A stretch of 63,207 bases of DNA from Candidatus Rokuibacteriota bacterium (GCA_016184305.1 JACPCX010000177.1:1-63207), one strand, 5' to 3'; shown: positions 28,097 through 38,236, counted from the first letter of the stretch. Notes: generated from the letters alone by a model not told the origin. A program made the numbers and translations.

Positions 28097-28854
28097 GCGC
28101 CGGCTGGAGACCAGACGAACACGGCCGCGGTCTTCCTGAACGGGGCGATCAATTCCCTTCCGTTATTTACGAGCCGCTCCTTGAGGAATCGGGCGAGGTA
28201 GGCTCGGGGCCCTGGACCCTCGAGCCCCATGTAGGTCATCCAGAAGTCACACGCCTCGTCCAGGTCCATGAACGGCTGATCCGAGCAGTACTCGACGAGG
28301 GTGACCCGGGGCTCCATGCCGAGAGCGCGCAGGCCCGCGAGCGTCTCGTCGGCGTGGCTCCGGTGCTCGTAGGGCCGGCCCAGGAGAGCCGGGTACAACT
28401 CCCTGTAGAAGAACTTGTCCTGGTCCTCCGGGCGGGGCGCGTCCCGGATCAGCAACACCAGCCGGCGCGCCAGCCGCTTCGCGTCGGCCAGGAAGGGCGA
28501 GTCCGCGTTCAGGAGCCCGCCCACGTGGGCACAGACGACGAGGTCATGCGGCTCCACGGAAACCTCGCCCCATGCCGCCTCGATCACCGTCACCCTGCCG
28601 AGCCCGGCCAGGGCGGCGGCCTCCCGGAGCGCTCCAGCCATGGCCGCCGAGGGCTCCACCGCCGTGACCCGGCCCATTCGCCGCGCCAGCGGCAGCGCCA
28701 GCGCCCCGCAGCCGGCTCCCACGTCGAGGGCGCTCTTGCACTCATCGAGCGCTGGCCCGATGACGGCCAGCACCCTGGACGCGAAGTCGCTCCGCGCCAG
28801 GGCGCGCGCGTACCAGGCCGCCGTCCGCTCCGTCCAGAACTCGGAGTGCGGCAT
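28060..28854 (-). CDS. Class I SAM-dependent methyltransferase
   Basis: ALDVGAGCG, VTAVEPS, HDLVVCAH. Confidence 0.85.
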   Translation of the reverse strand: MPHSEFWTERTAAWYARALARSDFASRVLAVIGPALDECKSALDVGAGCGALALPLARRMGRVTAVEPSAAMAGALREAAALAGLGRVTVIEAAWGEVSVEPHDLVVCAHVGGLLNADSPFLADAKRLARRLVLLIRDAPRPEDQDKFFYRELYPALLGRPYEHRSHADETLAGLRALGMEPRVTLVEYCSDQPFMDLDEACDFWMTYMGLEGPGPRAYLARFLKERLVNNGRELIAPFRKTAAVFVWSPAGAQESGGAAARPN

Positions 28855-28892
28855 GCCGCGACCGCCGCGCCTGAGGGCAAGGCTCAACGAGC

Positions 28893-29417
28893 TTAGCCGA
28901 GCCCCGCGATCAGCCGCTCCACCGCCGCCTCCGCCCAGGCGATGGAGGCCGTCTTGCCCTGCTCGGCCTCCACGGCCGCGAACTCGCGGGACAGGGCCCG
29001 GACGGCCTGATCGTCCAGCACCGCATCGGCCAGCGGGAAGAGGATCCCGTTCTCCTTGTCGATGTGTTGCCTCAGGAGCTCCACGTACTGCCTGGCCTTG
29101 GCGGCCCGATGGGAGGGCTCGCCCGCGGCCATGGCGGCGACCAGGGCGCGGCCCTGCGCGTGCTCCTCGAGCATCACGGCGATGGGCCCGCCTTCGTGCG
29201 GGACCCCGTGCTTGACCATGGCCGGGAACAGCAGCTGCTCCTCCTTGGCGTGGTGATTGCGGTCGGCGAAGGCGCGCAGCCACTCGACCAGCTCCTCCCA
29301 CCAGCCGGCCGGCAGCCCCCCGCTCCCCTTGAGCCGGTCGGCGCCGCGCTCCAGAGTATCCAGCGCGCGCAGGATCACGCGGTGCTCCTCGATCAGGACC
29401 TGCGTCGGTGACTTCAT
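28893..29417 (-). CDS. Hemerythrin-like (HHE) domain protein
   Basis: EEH, NHHAKEE, EEH, HIDKEN..LFP. Confidence 0.9.
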   Translation of the reverse strand: MKSPTQVLIEEHRVILRALDTLERGADRLKGSGGLPAGWWEELVEWLRAFADRNHHAKEEQLLFPAMVKHGVPHEGGPIAVMLEEHAQGRALVAAMAAGEPSHRAAKARQYVELLRQHIDKENGILFPLADAVLDDQAVRALSREFAAVEAEQGKTASIAWAEAAVERLIAGLG

Positions 29418-29434
29418 GCGTTGCTCCCCTCCCG

Positions 29435-30286
29435 TCATATCTTGAACAGCTCCCGCGCGTTGTCGCGGATCAGCTTCTGCCGGGCTTCCGGCCTGAGGCC
29501 GAGTCCGTCCACCTGGTCGAGGCTCTCCTTCCACGACAACCCGTTGGTGCCCCACACCGCCCGGTCCATGCCCATGCGGCTGTTGATGAAGTTGAGGATC
29601 TCGGGCTTCAGGTACTTCGGCATCCAGGCGTCCACGCCGAACCACACATTGTCCCACTTGTAGCAGACGCTGATCAGCTCCTCCACCCAGGGCCAGCCCG
29701 TGTGCGCGCCGAGGATGCGCAGCGTCGGGAAGTCGCAGGCGATCTGGTCGAGATACATCGGCCGCGCGTGCTCGCTCGGCATGGATTCGAGCACGTGCCC
29801 CACCTGCATGGAAACCGGCACGTCCAGCTCGACGCACTTGGAGTAGAGCGGGTACATCTTCCGGTCGTGCAGCGGGATGTCGAAGCCGTAGATGTGGACG
29901 TAGACGCCCTTGAAGTTGTGCTTCCTCACGGCCAGCTCGATCTCGGCCAGGCTCTCCTTGATGCGGAAGGGGTTGTAGCCCGCCAGCCCCACGAAGCGGT
30001 CGGGGTACTTCTCCGTGTACTGCGTCACCTCCTCGAGCGTGGTGTCCATGTACATCCACTTGTTCCAGTACGACCACATCTTGGTCTGGGTGATGAAGAC
30101 CTTCTCCACCCTCGCCTCGTCCATCTTCGCGAGCATCGTCGGGATGGACTCGAACTGGGGCAGGCTGCCGATGGCGCGCTCCATGCGGCAGATGAGCTCC
30201 CCCTTCTTCGCGTCCGTCCACTTGGCGATGAACTCCGGCGTCGCCACGTAGTACATGATGTCGATGGCCTGCGGTCTGTCGCTCAT
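29435..30286 (-). CDS. Amidohydrolase_2 family protein, atypical metal ligands
   Basis: YPDRFVGLA, FKGV, ELDVPV, GAHTGWPW, WGTN. IDIMY in place of IDxHxH. Confidence 0.85.
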   Translation of the reverse strand: MSDRPQAIDIMYYVATPEFIAKWTDAKKGELICRMERAIGSLPQFESIPTMLAKMDEARVEKVFITQTKMWSYWNKWMYMDTTLEEVTQYTEKYPDRFVGLAGYNPFRIKESLAEIELAVRKHNFKGVYVHIYGFDIPLHDRKMYPLYSKCVELDVPVSMQVGHVLESMPSEHARPMYLDQIACDFPTLRILGAHTGWPWVEELISVCYKWDNVWFGVDAWMPKYLKPEILNFINSRMGMDRAVWGTNGLSWKESLDQVDGLGLRPEARQKLIRDNARELFKI

Positions 30287-30353
30287 CACAGTCTCCTTTT
30301 CTCGGTTCGGCGTGATTCCATCAGGAGCGCGGCCCGCGCTCGCGTGTGACGCC

Positions 30354-30533
30354 TCAGGAGCCGCCCGCGCGGCCGCGGCGGATGGCGCCAATCAGCAGCA
30401 GCGCCACGCCGACCAGCAAGGGGATCCAGTACCCCGGCACCTGGAAAGCTCGGACCAGCACGATGCCGCCGCCGATCACGGTCACGATCAGCCCGGCCAT
30501 CATCATGCCCTTCCCCGAATGTCCGCATTTCAT
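30354..30533 (-). CDS. Small 2-TM membrane protein (59 aa, not in the ORF track)
   Basis: MKCGHSGKGMMMAGLIVTVIGGGIVLVRAFQVPGYWIPLLVGVALLLIGAIRR.. with an upstream GGGGG RBS. Confidence 0.6.
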   Translation of the reverse strand: MKCGHSGKGMMMAGLIVTVIGGGIVLVRAFQVPGYWIPLLVGVALLLIGAIRRGRAGGS

Positions 30534-30557
30534 GTCCAGCCCCCCTTTCGCACAGCC

Positions 30558-31331
30558 TCACACCATGGTCAGACCGCCGCTCACGCTGAGCGTCTGGCCG
30601 GTGATGAAGCCCGCGGCAGGGGAGGCCAGGAAGGCCACGGCGCCCGCGATGTCCTCGGGCTGGCCCACACGGCCCAGCGGGATGGCGCGGGTGACCGCCG
30701 CGATGACCCTGGCCGTCTTCTCCGATTGCTGCCGGATCCCCTCGAGCAGCGGCGTTTCCGTGAGCCCGGGGCACACCACGTTCACGGTGATCTGGTGGCG
30801 CGCCATCTCCCGGGCCAGCGTCTTGGAGAAGGCGATGATGGCCCCCTTGGTGCCGGCGTACACGCTCTCCCCCGTGGAGCCCACGCGCCCGGCGTCGGAG
30901 GCGATGCTGATGACGCGGCCCGACCCGCGCTTGACCATGTGCGGGAGCGCGGCCTTGCAGACGTACAGCACGCTCTTGAAGTTGATGGCGATGATCTTGT
31001 CCCAGGTCTCCTCCGCGGTGTCGAGGAACATCTCCATCTTGTCCCAGCCGGCGTTGTTCACCACGATGTCGAGCTGGCCGAACTGCGCCACCACCTGCGC
31101 GACGGCGCCCTCCACCTCCGGGCGCTTCGTGAGGTCCACGCCGACCGCCAGCCCCTTCGTCCCCCACGCCTCGACCTCCCGGCGCACGCCCTCGGCGCTC
31201 TCCGCCAGGATGTCGAGCGCCGCCACCTGGGCCCCCTCCTGGGCCAGCGCGAGCGCGATGGCCCGGCCGATGCCCCTGCCCGCGCCCGTCACGAGCGCCG
31301 TCTTCCCCCTGAGCGTCGTGCTGCCGTTCAT
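30558..31331 (-). CDS. badH: SDR, 2-hydroxycyclohexanecarboxyl-CoA dehydrogenase-like
   Basis: [35 protein letters not shown]. Confidence 0.7.
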   Translation of the reverse strand: MNGSTTLRGKTALVTGAGRGIGRAIALALAQEGAQVAALDILAESAEGVRREVEAWGTKGLAVGVDLTKRPEVEGAVAQVVAQFGQLDIVVNNAGWDKMEMFLDTAEETWDKIIAINFKSVLYVCKAALPHMVKRGSGRVISIASDAGRVGSTGESVYAGTKGAIIAFSKTLAREMARHQITVNVVCPGLTETPLLEGIRQQSEKTARVIAAVTRAIPLGRVGQPEDIAGAVAFLASPAAGFITGQTLSVSGGLTMV

Positions 31332-31347
31332 GCGCGTCTCTCCTCTC

Positions 31348-32124
31348 TCACCTGTTCTTCCACACGGGTTTCCGCTTCTCGACGAAGGCCCGCAGCCCTT
31401 CCTCCGCGTCTTCCGTCCTCATGAGCTCGCCGTGGTACAGCTCATCGAGCGTCGAGAGCCCCTGCTCGAAGTCCACGCCGAGGGCCTCCTTCACCGCGCG
31501 CTTCGTGTAGCGCAGCACCGCCGCGCTCTGGGAGGTGACGCGCGCCAGCTCCTCGCCGACGGCGGCCGCCAGGGCCTCCGGCGCCACCACGCGGTCGACG
31601 AGGCCGATCCGCAGCGCTTCGCCGGCCGTGATGATCTCACCCGAGAGCAGAAGCCGGAGGGTGCGGCTGAGCCCCACGCGCTTCGGGTAGTGCACCGCCG
31701 CGATGGGCGGGAAGACGCCCACCTTGATCTCGGGCTGGCCGAAGGTGGCATTGTCCGTGGCGACCACCACGTCGCAGAAGGTCGCCAGCTCAGCCCCCCC
31801 GCCCAGCGCCGCGCCCTGCACCGCCGCCACCGTGAGGCAGTCCACGGCGTGGAGCCGCCGGAACACCCCGTGGAACGCGTCGATCATGAGCCTGGCGCGC
31901 TCCCCGATGTGATCCTCGACGCTGACCCCTGCCGAGAAGGCCTTGCCTTCCGCGGCGAAGACGAGCGCCTTGACACCGGACCGCTCGCCGGCCGCCTCGA
32001 TGCTCTGCGCCAGCTCCTCGATCATGTCGATGGTGAGGATGTTCAGCGGGGGGCGGGCGAGCGTGATCCGGACGACCTCGCCCTCGTCCGCGTATCGGAT
32101 GAACCGGCCGTCGCTCATCGGCAT
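31348..32124 (-). CDS. dch: Enoyl-CoA hydratase, cyclohexa-1,5-dienecarbonyl-CoA hydratase-like
   Basis: [37 protein letters not shown], in a BCR context. Confidence 0.7.
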   Translation of the reverse strand: MPMSDGRFIRYADEGEVVRITLARPPLNILTIDMIEELAQSIEAAGERSGVKALVFAAEGKAFSAGVSVEDHIGERARLMIDAFHGVFRRLHAVDCLTVAAVQGAALGGGAELATFCDVVVATDNATFGQPEIKVGVFPPIAAVHYPKRVGLSRTLRLLLSGEIITAGEALRIGLVDRVVAPEALAAAVGEELARVTSQSAAVLRYTKRAVKEALGVDFEQGLSTLDELYHGELMRTEDAEEGLRAFVEKRKPVWKNR

Positions 32125-32136
32125 GTCCTCCCTGCG

Positions 32137-33432
32137 TCACTTCCGCAAGTCGAGCACGCGCTGGGCCTTGCCCGCGCTCCGCTCGATGGTCTTCGGCGGC
32201 ACGACGGTGACTTCCACCGTCACGCCGATCATCTCGTAGATCTTCCGGCGCGCCACGGCGCCCAGCGCGGCCAGCGCCTCCTTGCCCGCCTCGGCCACGT
32301 TGCTGCGCGCCTCCACCCGGACCTCGAGCGTGTCCAGCGCGGTGTCGCGCCTGAGCACGAGCAGGTAATGCGGCTCGAGATCCGGCACCTGCAGGAGCGC
32401 GTGCTCGATCTGCGAGGGGTAGACGTTCACGCCCCGGAGGATCAGCATGTCGTCCGTGCGCCCCGTGATCCGCCCGATGCGCGAGAGCGTGCGGCCGCAG
32501 CGGCACGGCTCGGTGATGAGCGTCGTGAGGTCCCGCGTCCGGTAGCGGAGCAGCGGGAGGGCCTCCTTGGTGAGCGTGGTGAAGACCAGCTCTCCGGTCA
32601 CGCCGGGCGGCACCGGCTCGAAGGTCACCGGATCCAGCACCTCCGGCAGGAAGTGATCCTCGGCCACGTGCATGCCCTGCTTCTCCGGGCACTCCACGGA
32701 GACGCCTGGTCCGATCACCTCCGACAGGCCGTAGATGTTCAGCGCCAGGATGTTGAGGCGCGCCTCGAGGGCGTCCCGCATCCCCTCGCTCCAGGGCTCG
32801 GCTCCGAAGAAGCCCACCCGGAGCTTGAGGTCGTTGGGCGCGACCCCGGCCTCTTCCAGCGCCTCCGCCAGGTACAGCCCGTAGGAGGGCGTGCAGCAGA
32901 GCACCGTGCTCCCGAAGTCCTTGAGGGCCATCAGCTGGCGGTCGGTGAAACCGCCGGAGATCGGGATCACCGCGGCGCCCACCCGCTCTCCGCCATAGTG
33001 GAAGCCGAGTCCGCCGGTGAAGAGGCCGTAGCCGTAGGCGTTGTGAAGCACGTCGCTCCGCCCGACCCCGCCCATCATGAGGGTCCGCGCCATCACCTCG
33101 CTCCAGGTATCCATGTCCCCCCGGGTGTAGGCCACGACGGTGGGCTTGCCGGTGGTGCCGGAGGAGGCGTGGATGCGGACGATCTCCTCCATGGGCACCG
33201 CCAGGAGCCCGAACGGATAGGTGTCGCGGAAATCGGTCTTGACGGTGAACGGAAGGTGGCGCAGATCGGCCAGCGACCGCATATCCCCCGCCGTCACTCC
33301 CGCCGCGCGGAGGCGCTCGCGGTACAGCGGCACGCGCTCGGCGGCCCGCGCGATCTGCCGCTTGAGCCGCGCGACCTGGACGCGCGTGAGCTCCTCGCGG
33401 GGCATCCGCTCGACGGCACTCGGATCAGTCAT
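32137..33432 (-). CDS. paaK: Phenylacetate-CoA ligase (PaaK/PadJ)
   Basis: RIHASSGTTGKPT, YGYGLFTGGLG, GAEPW, YGLSE, RYRTRD, GRTDDM. Confidence 0.93.
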   Translation of the reverse strand: MTDPSAVERMPREELTRVQVARLKRQIARAAERVPLYRERLRAAGVTAGDMRSLADLRHLPFTVKTDFRDTYPFGLLAVPMEEIVRIHASSGTTGKPTVVAYTRGDMDTWSEVMARTLMMGGVGRSDVLHNAYGYGLFTGGLGFHYGGERVGAAVIPISGGFTDRQLMALKDFGSTVLCCTPSYGLYLAEALEEAGVAPNDLKLRVGFFGAEPWSEGMRDALEARLNILALNIYGLSEVIGPGVSVECPEKQGMHVAEDHFLPEVLDPVTFEPVPPGVTGELVFTTLTKEALPLLRYRTRDLTTLITEPCRCGRTLSRIGRITGRTDDMLILRGVNVYPSQIEHALLQVPDLEPHYLLVLRRDTALDTLEVRVEARSNVAEAGKEALAALGAVARRKIYEMIGVTVEVTVVPPKTIERSAGKAQRVLDLRK

Positions 33433-34316
33433 ACCCGTGACTCCTCCCTGACAGGCTCGCGCCCGTGGGCGCGGCGTCCGACGCGTTCCTGGAGCGCCTC
33501 CCAGCGCAGATCCACGTCGGCCTGGATCGCGGCGACATCCGCGTCCGACAGATGCGCGAAGCGCGCCTGCGGCCGCAGGTACTCGGCGACGGGGAGCCCG
33601 GCGGGCTCATGCGTGATCCGGTAGCGCGTCCCGTCCTCGATCTCGTAGAGCGGCACGGCGCGCGACTCCACGCCGAGACGCAAGACCCGCAGAGACGCGT
33701 CGTCGGCGATCCCCCAGCCGGGCACACAGGGGCAGGTGATGAGCAGGAACCGCGTGCCCCTCATCTCGCTCGCACGCTGGACCTTGGCCACGAGGTCGTC
33801 CGGATGCGCCGGGGAGGCCGTCGCCGCATAGGGGATGCGGTGGGCGGCGATGATCTCCATGATCTCCTTCTTGCGCGTGCGCTTGCCGCCGGGCGTGGAG
33901 GCCGTGCGCGCCCCCCACGGCGTGGCGGAGGACTTCTGGTTGCCGGTGTTCTGATAGGCCTCGTTGTCGAAGCAGACGTAGATGAAGTCCTCGTTGCGCT
34001 CGGCGGCCCCGGAGAGAGCCTGCAGCCCGATGTCGTAGGTTCCGCCGTCGCCCGCCAGGCAGACCACCGTCGCCCGCTCGCCGCGTGCGCGATAGGCACG
34101 GGCCAGGCCCGAGGCGGCCGCGGCCGTGGTCTCGAAGGCCGTGTGGAACACCGGCACGGTCACCGAGGAGAGCGGCATGGGCCCCATCATGATCGCGACG
34201 CACGAGGGGGCGACGACGACCACGGCGTCAGGGGGCACCGACCGGAGGACGAAGCGGACGGCGAGCGCCACCGCGCACCCCGGACAGGAGGCATGGCCGG
34301 ACAGGAAGCGGTCCAT
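33429..34316 (-). CDS. padI: 2-oxoacid:acceptor oxidoreductase beta (TPP) subunit, phenylglyoxylate dehydrogenase PadI-like
   Basis: GHASCPGC, GDGGTYDIG, DNEAYQNTG. Confidence 0.8.
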   Translation of the reverse strand: MDRFLSGHASCPGCAVALAVRFVLRSVPPDAVVVVAPSCVAIMMGPMPLSSVTVPVFHTAFETTAAAASGLARAYRARGERATVVCLAGDGGTYDIGLQALSGAAERNEDFIYVCFDNEAYQNTGNQKSSATPWGARTASTPGGKRTRKKEIMEIIAAHRIPYAATASPAHPDDLVAKVQRASEMRGTRFLLITCPCVPGWGIADDASLRVLRLGVESRAVPLYEIEDGTRYRITHEPAGLPVAEYLRPQARFAHLSDADVAAIQADVDLRWEALQERVGRRAHGREPVREESRV

Positions 34317-35500
34317 CAGAGCCCCTCCGCCTGTATCGGCTCCGGGTTCATCCCCTCGCGCCCGAGCGCATCACGCGCGATCTGCATCATCCGCTCGGGC
34401 GAGACGTTCACGCCCCCGAGTCCGGCGATGTAGGAGAGCACGGGCGTGGCCCCCTGCCCGAAAGCCGAGAGCGCCGCGCGCACCTCCTGGCAGAAGATGC
34501 CCCCGCTCCCGATGGAGCAGTTGCGGTCCACGACCGCGACCCTGCCGGCCCCCGCCAGCGCCGTGGCGATCTCGGCGGCCGGGAAAGGGCGGAAGAGGCG
34601 CAGCCTGAGGAGCCCAGCGGGAACTCCTGCCTCGCGCAGCCGGTCCACGGCTTCGCGCGCCGTGCCGGCCATGCCGCCCGCCGCCACCAGGACCACCCGG
34701 GCATCCTCGGTGCGGTAGCTCTCGGTGGCCCCGTAACCGCGGCCGGTCAGTTCGCCGTAGTGCCGTCCGGCCTCCGCCACGGCGCCGAGCGCCTGTCCCA
34801 TGGCCTCCTGCATGGCGAGCCGGTTGGCACGCCATTGCGCCGGCGTCGTGGTGTTCCCCACGCTCAGCGGGCGGGCGGGATCGAGGCGCCGCGCGGGCTC
34901 GAAGGGCGGAAGGAAGCGGGCCACCACCTCCTCGCCCGGCACCTCCACCGGCTCCAGCGTGTGCGAGATGTACATGGCCTCGATGACCACCATGGCGGGC
35001 AGCAGCACCGACTCGCCGACCCGGTAGGCCTGCAAGACCGTGTCCAGCGCCTCCTGGCCCGACTCGCAATAGAACTGCATCCAGCCCGTGTCGCGCTGCG
35101 AGAGGCTGTCGGTCTGATCCGCCCAGAAGCCCCAGGGCAACGCGAGGGTCCGGTTGACGTTCACCATGACCACCGGCGTCCGCGCGCCGGCCGCGAAGTG
35201 GAGCATCTCGTGCATGAGGGCGATGCCCTGGGAAGAGGTCGCCGTGAAGACGCGCGCCCCCGCCAGCGAGGCCGCGATGCAGGCAGCCATGGCGGAGTGC
35301 TCGCTCTCGACGGTGATCATCTCGCCCGTGAGCTCTCCCGTCTGGGCGAACTCGAGGAGCTTCTCGAGCACCGGCGTCTGGGGCGTGATGGGGTAAACCG
35401 GGATGACCTGAGGCTTCGCGCGGAGCGCGCCGTAAGCCACGGCGTGGTTGCCCGTGAGCAGCATCCGCCGCTGTCCCGCAACCGTCTCGACGCCCGTCAT
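34316..35500 (-). CDS. padG: 2-oxoacid:acceptor oxidoreductase alpha subunit (PadG-like)
   Basis: YPITPQT, VESEHSAM, TATSSQG, RDTGW. Confidence 0.8.
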   Translation of the reverse strand: MTGVETVAGQRRMLLTGNHAVAYGALRAKPQVIPVYPITPQTPVLEKLLEFAQTGELTGEMITVESEHSAMAACIAASLAGARVFTATSSQGIALMHEMLHFAAGARTPVVMVNVNRTLALPWGFWADQTDSLSQRDTGWMQFYCESGQEALDTVLQAYRVGESVLLPAMVVIEAMYISHTLEPVEVPGEEVVARFLPPFEPARRLDPARPLSVGNTTTPAQWRANRLAMQEAMGQALGAVAEAGRHYGELTGRGYGATESYRTEDARVVLVAAGGMAGTAREAVDRLREAGVPAGLLRLRLFRPFPAAEIATALAGAGRVAVVDRNCSIGSGGIFCQEVRAALSAFGQGATPVLSYIAGLGGVNVSPERMMQIARDALGREGMNPEPIQAEGL

Positions 35501-37179
35501 CGCTCGCTCACCATCTGCAGCGCCCCGCGCGGGCACTCGTGCACGCAGAGGCCGCACCCCTTGCAGTGGTCGCTGGAGATCCGGTAGCCGCCGTCGACTC
35601 TCCGGCTCACCGCCATGTCGGGGCAGTAGAGGAGGCAGTTGTCACAGTCCACGCAGTGGCCGCAGGCGAAGCAGCGCGCCGTCTCGGCGCGGGCCGCGGC
35701 GGCATCGAGTCCCTCCACCACCTCGGCGAAGGAGCCGATCCGCCCGCCAGCCGGCCGCTCGGGCCGCTCGGCGCGCTCCCCCCGCGGGAAATAGTCGAGA
35801 TTGACCTCCGAGAAGGCGACGATATGTCCCGGCATCGCCACGGCCCCCGGATGAGGCGCAGGCTGCGCCTCTGCCGCGCCCGAGAGGAGCTCGTGGATCT
35901 GACGCGCGGCTCGTGTCCCCGCCCCAATGGCATGCGTCACGGTCCGCTGGCTGGAGGCCGCATCGCCCCCGGCGAACACCCGCTGCGCCGGCGTGCTCCC
36001 GTCTGCCGCGGCCTCGACGAGCCCCCGCCGGCCGCGGAGCGCCGCGGGAAGCCCCGAGAGGTCGGTCCCCTGCCCGATGGCGAGCAGCACGCTGTCCGCG
36101 GGGATCACCTCGGGGGGCCCCGGCAGAAAGACGGGACGGATCGCGCCGTCCCGGCCGCGCTCGAGCCTGGCCGGCGCGACGGCCACGCCGGTGACCCGGC
36201 CTCCCAGTTCCACGAGCCGCGCCACGCCGTGCCCATTCCTGATCTCGATGCCCTCGCCGAGGGCCTGGCTCACCTCCTCGGCGAGCGCCGGCATCTCCTC
36301 CCGCGCCTCGAGGGCGACCACGGTCACCGAGGGGACTCCCAGGCGTCGGGCCGAGCGGACCACATCCATGGCAGTGCTGCCGCCGCCCACCACCACGAGG
36401 CGCCGCCCCAGGGCTCTGCGCGTCCCGGAGGCGAGATCGCGGAGGAAGGCGAGCCCGCTGCCGACGCCCTGCGCCTGCTCGCCGCCGAGCCCGAGGCCCA
36501 GCGGCAAAGAGGCGCCCGTGGCGAGGAACACCGCATCGTGAGCCGCCACCGTCTCCCACGAGAGATTGGCGCCGAGGCGCTGGCCCGTGAGGACCTCCAC
36601 GCCGGGGCCGAGGCTCAGCTCGATCTCCCGCGCGAGCACCGCCCGCGGCAGCCGGTACTCGGGGATGCCGTAGCGCAGGAGGCCGCCGAGCTCCGCCTCG
36701 GCCTCGTAGAGGCGCAACCGGTAGCCCCGGCGCGAAAGGTGGTAGGCGCAGGCCAGTCCGGCGGGGCCGCCGCCCACCACCGCCACCCGCTCCGGCCTCG
36801 GGAGCTCCGGCCGGGCGAGGTTGCCATGCCGAAGCCCCCAGTCACCCACGAAGCGCTCGAGGGCGTTGATGGCCACAGCGCCGTCGTGCTGGCCGCGATT
36901 GCAGGCCGACTCGCACGGATGCGCGCAGAGGCGCCCCATGATGGCCGGGAACGGGTTCTCCTCGCGGATCAGGGCCCAGGCAGCCGCCAGGTCCCCGCGG
37001 CGCGCCAGCTCGATCCAGCGCGCGACAGGCTCGCCGGCGGGGCAGGCCGCGCGGCAGGGCGCCGTCGCCTCCACGTACACCGGCCGCCTGGTGCGCCAGC
37101 CGCCGGTCTTGACCTCGAGCGTGGTCCGGCCGGGCTCCGTCCAGCACAGGGGACGCGCGGCGCCGAGCTCCCGGGCCAT
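35497..37179 (-). CDS. GltD/DsrL-like FAD-NAD(P)H oxidoreductase with C-terminal 2x[4Fe-4S] (delta-like) domain
   Basis: CRAACP..CAHPCESAC, GGGPAG, YGIP, GGGSTAMD, CVDCDNCLLYCP, CKGCGLCVHECP. Confidence 0.88.
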   Translation of the reverse strand: MARELGAARPLCWTEPGRTTLEVKTGGWRTRRPVYVEATAPCRAACPAGEPVARWIELARRGDLAAAWALIREENPFPAIMGRLCAHPCESACNRGQHDGAVAINALERFVGDWGLRHGNLARPELPRPERVAVVGGGPAGLACAYHLSRRGYRLRLYEAEAELGGLLRYGIPEYRLPRAVLAREIELSLGPGVEVLTGQRLGANLSWETVAAHDAVFLATGASLPLGLGLGGEQAQGVGSGLAFLRDLASGTRRALGRRLVVVGGGSTAMDVVRSARRLGVPSVTVVALEAREEMPALAEEVSQALGEGIEIRNGHGVARLVELGGRVTGVAVAPARLERGRDGAIRPVFLPGPPEVIPADSVLLAIGQGTDLSGLPAALRGRRGLVEAAADGSTPAQRVFAGGDAASSQRTVTHAIGAGTRAARQIHELLSGAAEAQPAPHPGAVAMPGHIVAFSEVNLDYFPRGERAERPERPAGGRIGSFAEVVEGLDAAAARAETARCFACGHCVDCDNCLLYCPDMAVSRRVDGGYRISSDHCKGCGLCVHECPRGALQMVSER

Positions 37180-37183
37180 CGGG

Positions 37184-37723
37184 CTAACCCGGACCCGCCG
37201 CCGCGTGGTAGCCGGCGGAGCAGGCTTCGAGGTTCTCCCGGTTGCGGGCCGGGCTGCCCTCCTCCACCGCGGCCTGCATGTCCTCGAGGGAGACGAGCCC
37301 CGTCGCGCGCGCGAAGACCCCGAGCAGAACGGTGGAGACGATGGGGCCGAGCCCGGCCCGCCCGGCAATCCCCGTCGCGTCCGCCGCGACGAGCCTGACC
37401 CCCGGCGGCAGCGCGCCTTCGAGAGGGGCTCCGCTGTTGACAACGACGGTCCCTCCCGGCTCGATGTCGGCCACGATGGCACCGCCATCCAGCATGGTGG
37501 GGTCGAGGACGATGGCGTAGCGGGGGCGCTCGATGTCGCAGCGCAGCCGGATGGGCTTGTCGTCGGCCCGGACGAAGGCGGTGACGGGCGCGCCCCGCCG
37601 CTCTCCGCCATAGGCGGCGAAGGCCTGGACATGCCGGCCCGACCGGAAGAAGGCCCCGGCCAGGATCTGGCATCCGACCTGGGCCCCCTGGCCGCCCCGT
37701 CCGTGAATCCTGACCTCGAGCAT
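37184..37723 (-). CDS. padE: 2-oxoacid:acceptor oxidoreductase gamma subunit (PadE-like)
   Basis: EVRIHGRGGQG, YGGERRGAPV. Confidence 0.82.
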   Translation of the reverse strand: MLEVRIHGRGGQGAQVGCQILAGAFFRSGRHVQAFAAYGGERRGAPVTAFVRADDKPIRLRCDIERPRYAIVLDPTMLDGGAIVADIEPGGTVVVNSGAPLEGALPPGVRLVAADATGIAGRAGLGPIVSTVLLGVFARATGLVSLEDMQAAVEEGSPARNRENLEACSAGYHAAAGPG

Positions 37724-37772
37724 GCTTGCCTGCACTCCCGGCGCCCCCCGAGGGCGGCGCGAATGAGCTAGG

Positions 37773-38225
37773 TCAGGGGCTGACGTCGCGCTCCATCTGG
37801 ATCATCGGCCCGTGGTGGAAGCCCTGGCGCAGGAAGAACTCACGCACGTCGGCCTGGGTCAGGTCGATGAGGGTGGCCACCTTCTGGATGGCCCGGAGCT
37901 GCTCGGCGCTCCGCACGAACCTGTCGATGAGCGCATGCGCGATCCCGCGCCCCCGGTAGGGCGGGTCCACGCCGATCAGGTCCACCCACGCCGTGGGCCG
38001 GGACATGCCGAACTCGGACTCGGCCACCCAGCCGAACAGGAAGCCCGCCATCCGCCCGTCGGTCTCTGCCACCAGGGACATCCACGGGGGCCGGAGGGCG
38101 GCCATCTCGAGCCGTCGATCCCAGTACTCCTTGCGGGTCTGGCTCGACAGCTTCTCGTCGATCCGCATGAGGGCAGGCAGATCGGAGGGCTCGATCGCAC
38201 GAACGCTGACGTCGCCTCGGCTCAT
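37773..38225 (-). CDS. GNAT acetyltransferase (BadL-like by context)
   Basis: IGVDPPYRGRGIA, FFLRQGF. Confidence 0.85.
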   Translation of the reverse strand: MSRGDVSVRAIEPSDLPALMRIDEKLSSQTRKEYWDRRLEMAALRPPWMSLVAETDGRMAGFLFGWVAESEFGMSRPTAWVDLIGVDPPYRGRGIAHALIDRFVRSAEQLRAIQKVATLIDLTQADVREFFLRQGFHHGPMIQMERDVSP

Positions 38226-38236
38226 GGCACTCTCCT

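Noticed and set aside
30346-33624. Very long antisense ORFs (1092 aa here; also 41492-44215, 16000-18552, 11443-13509, 25620-27740)
   Set aside because: These are shadow frames of well-supported genes on the other strand, expected in very GC-rich DNA, with no recognisable motifs.
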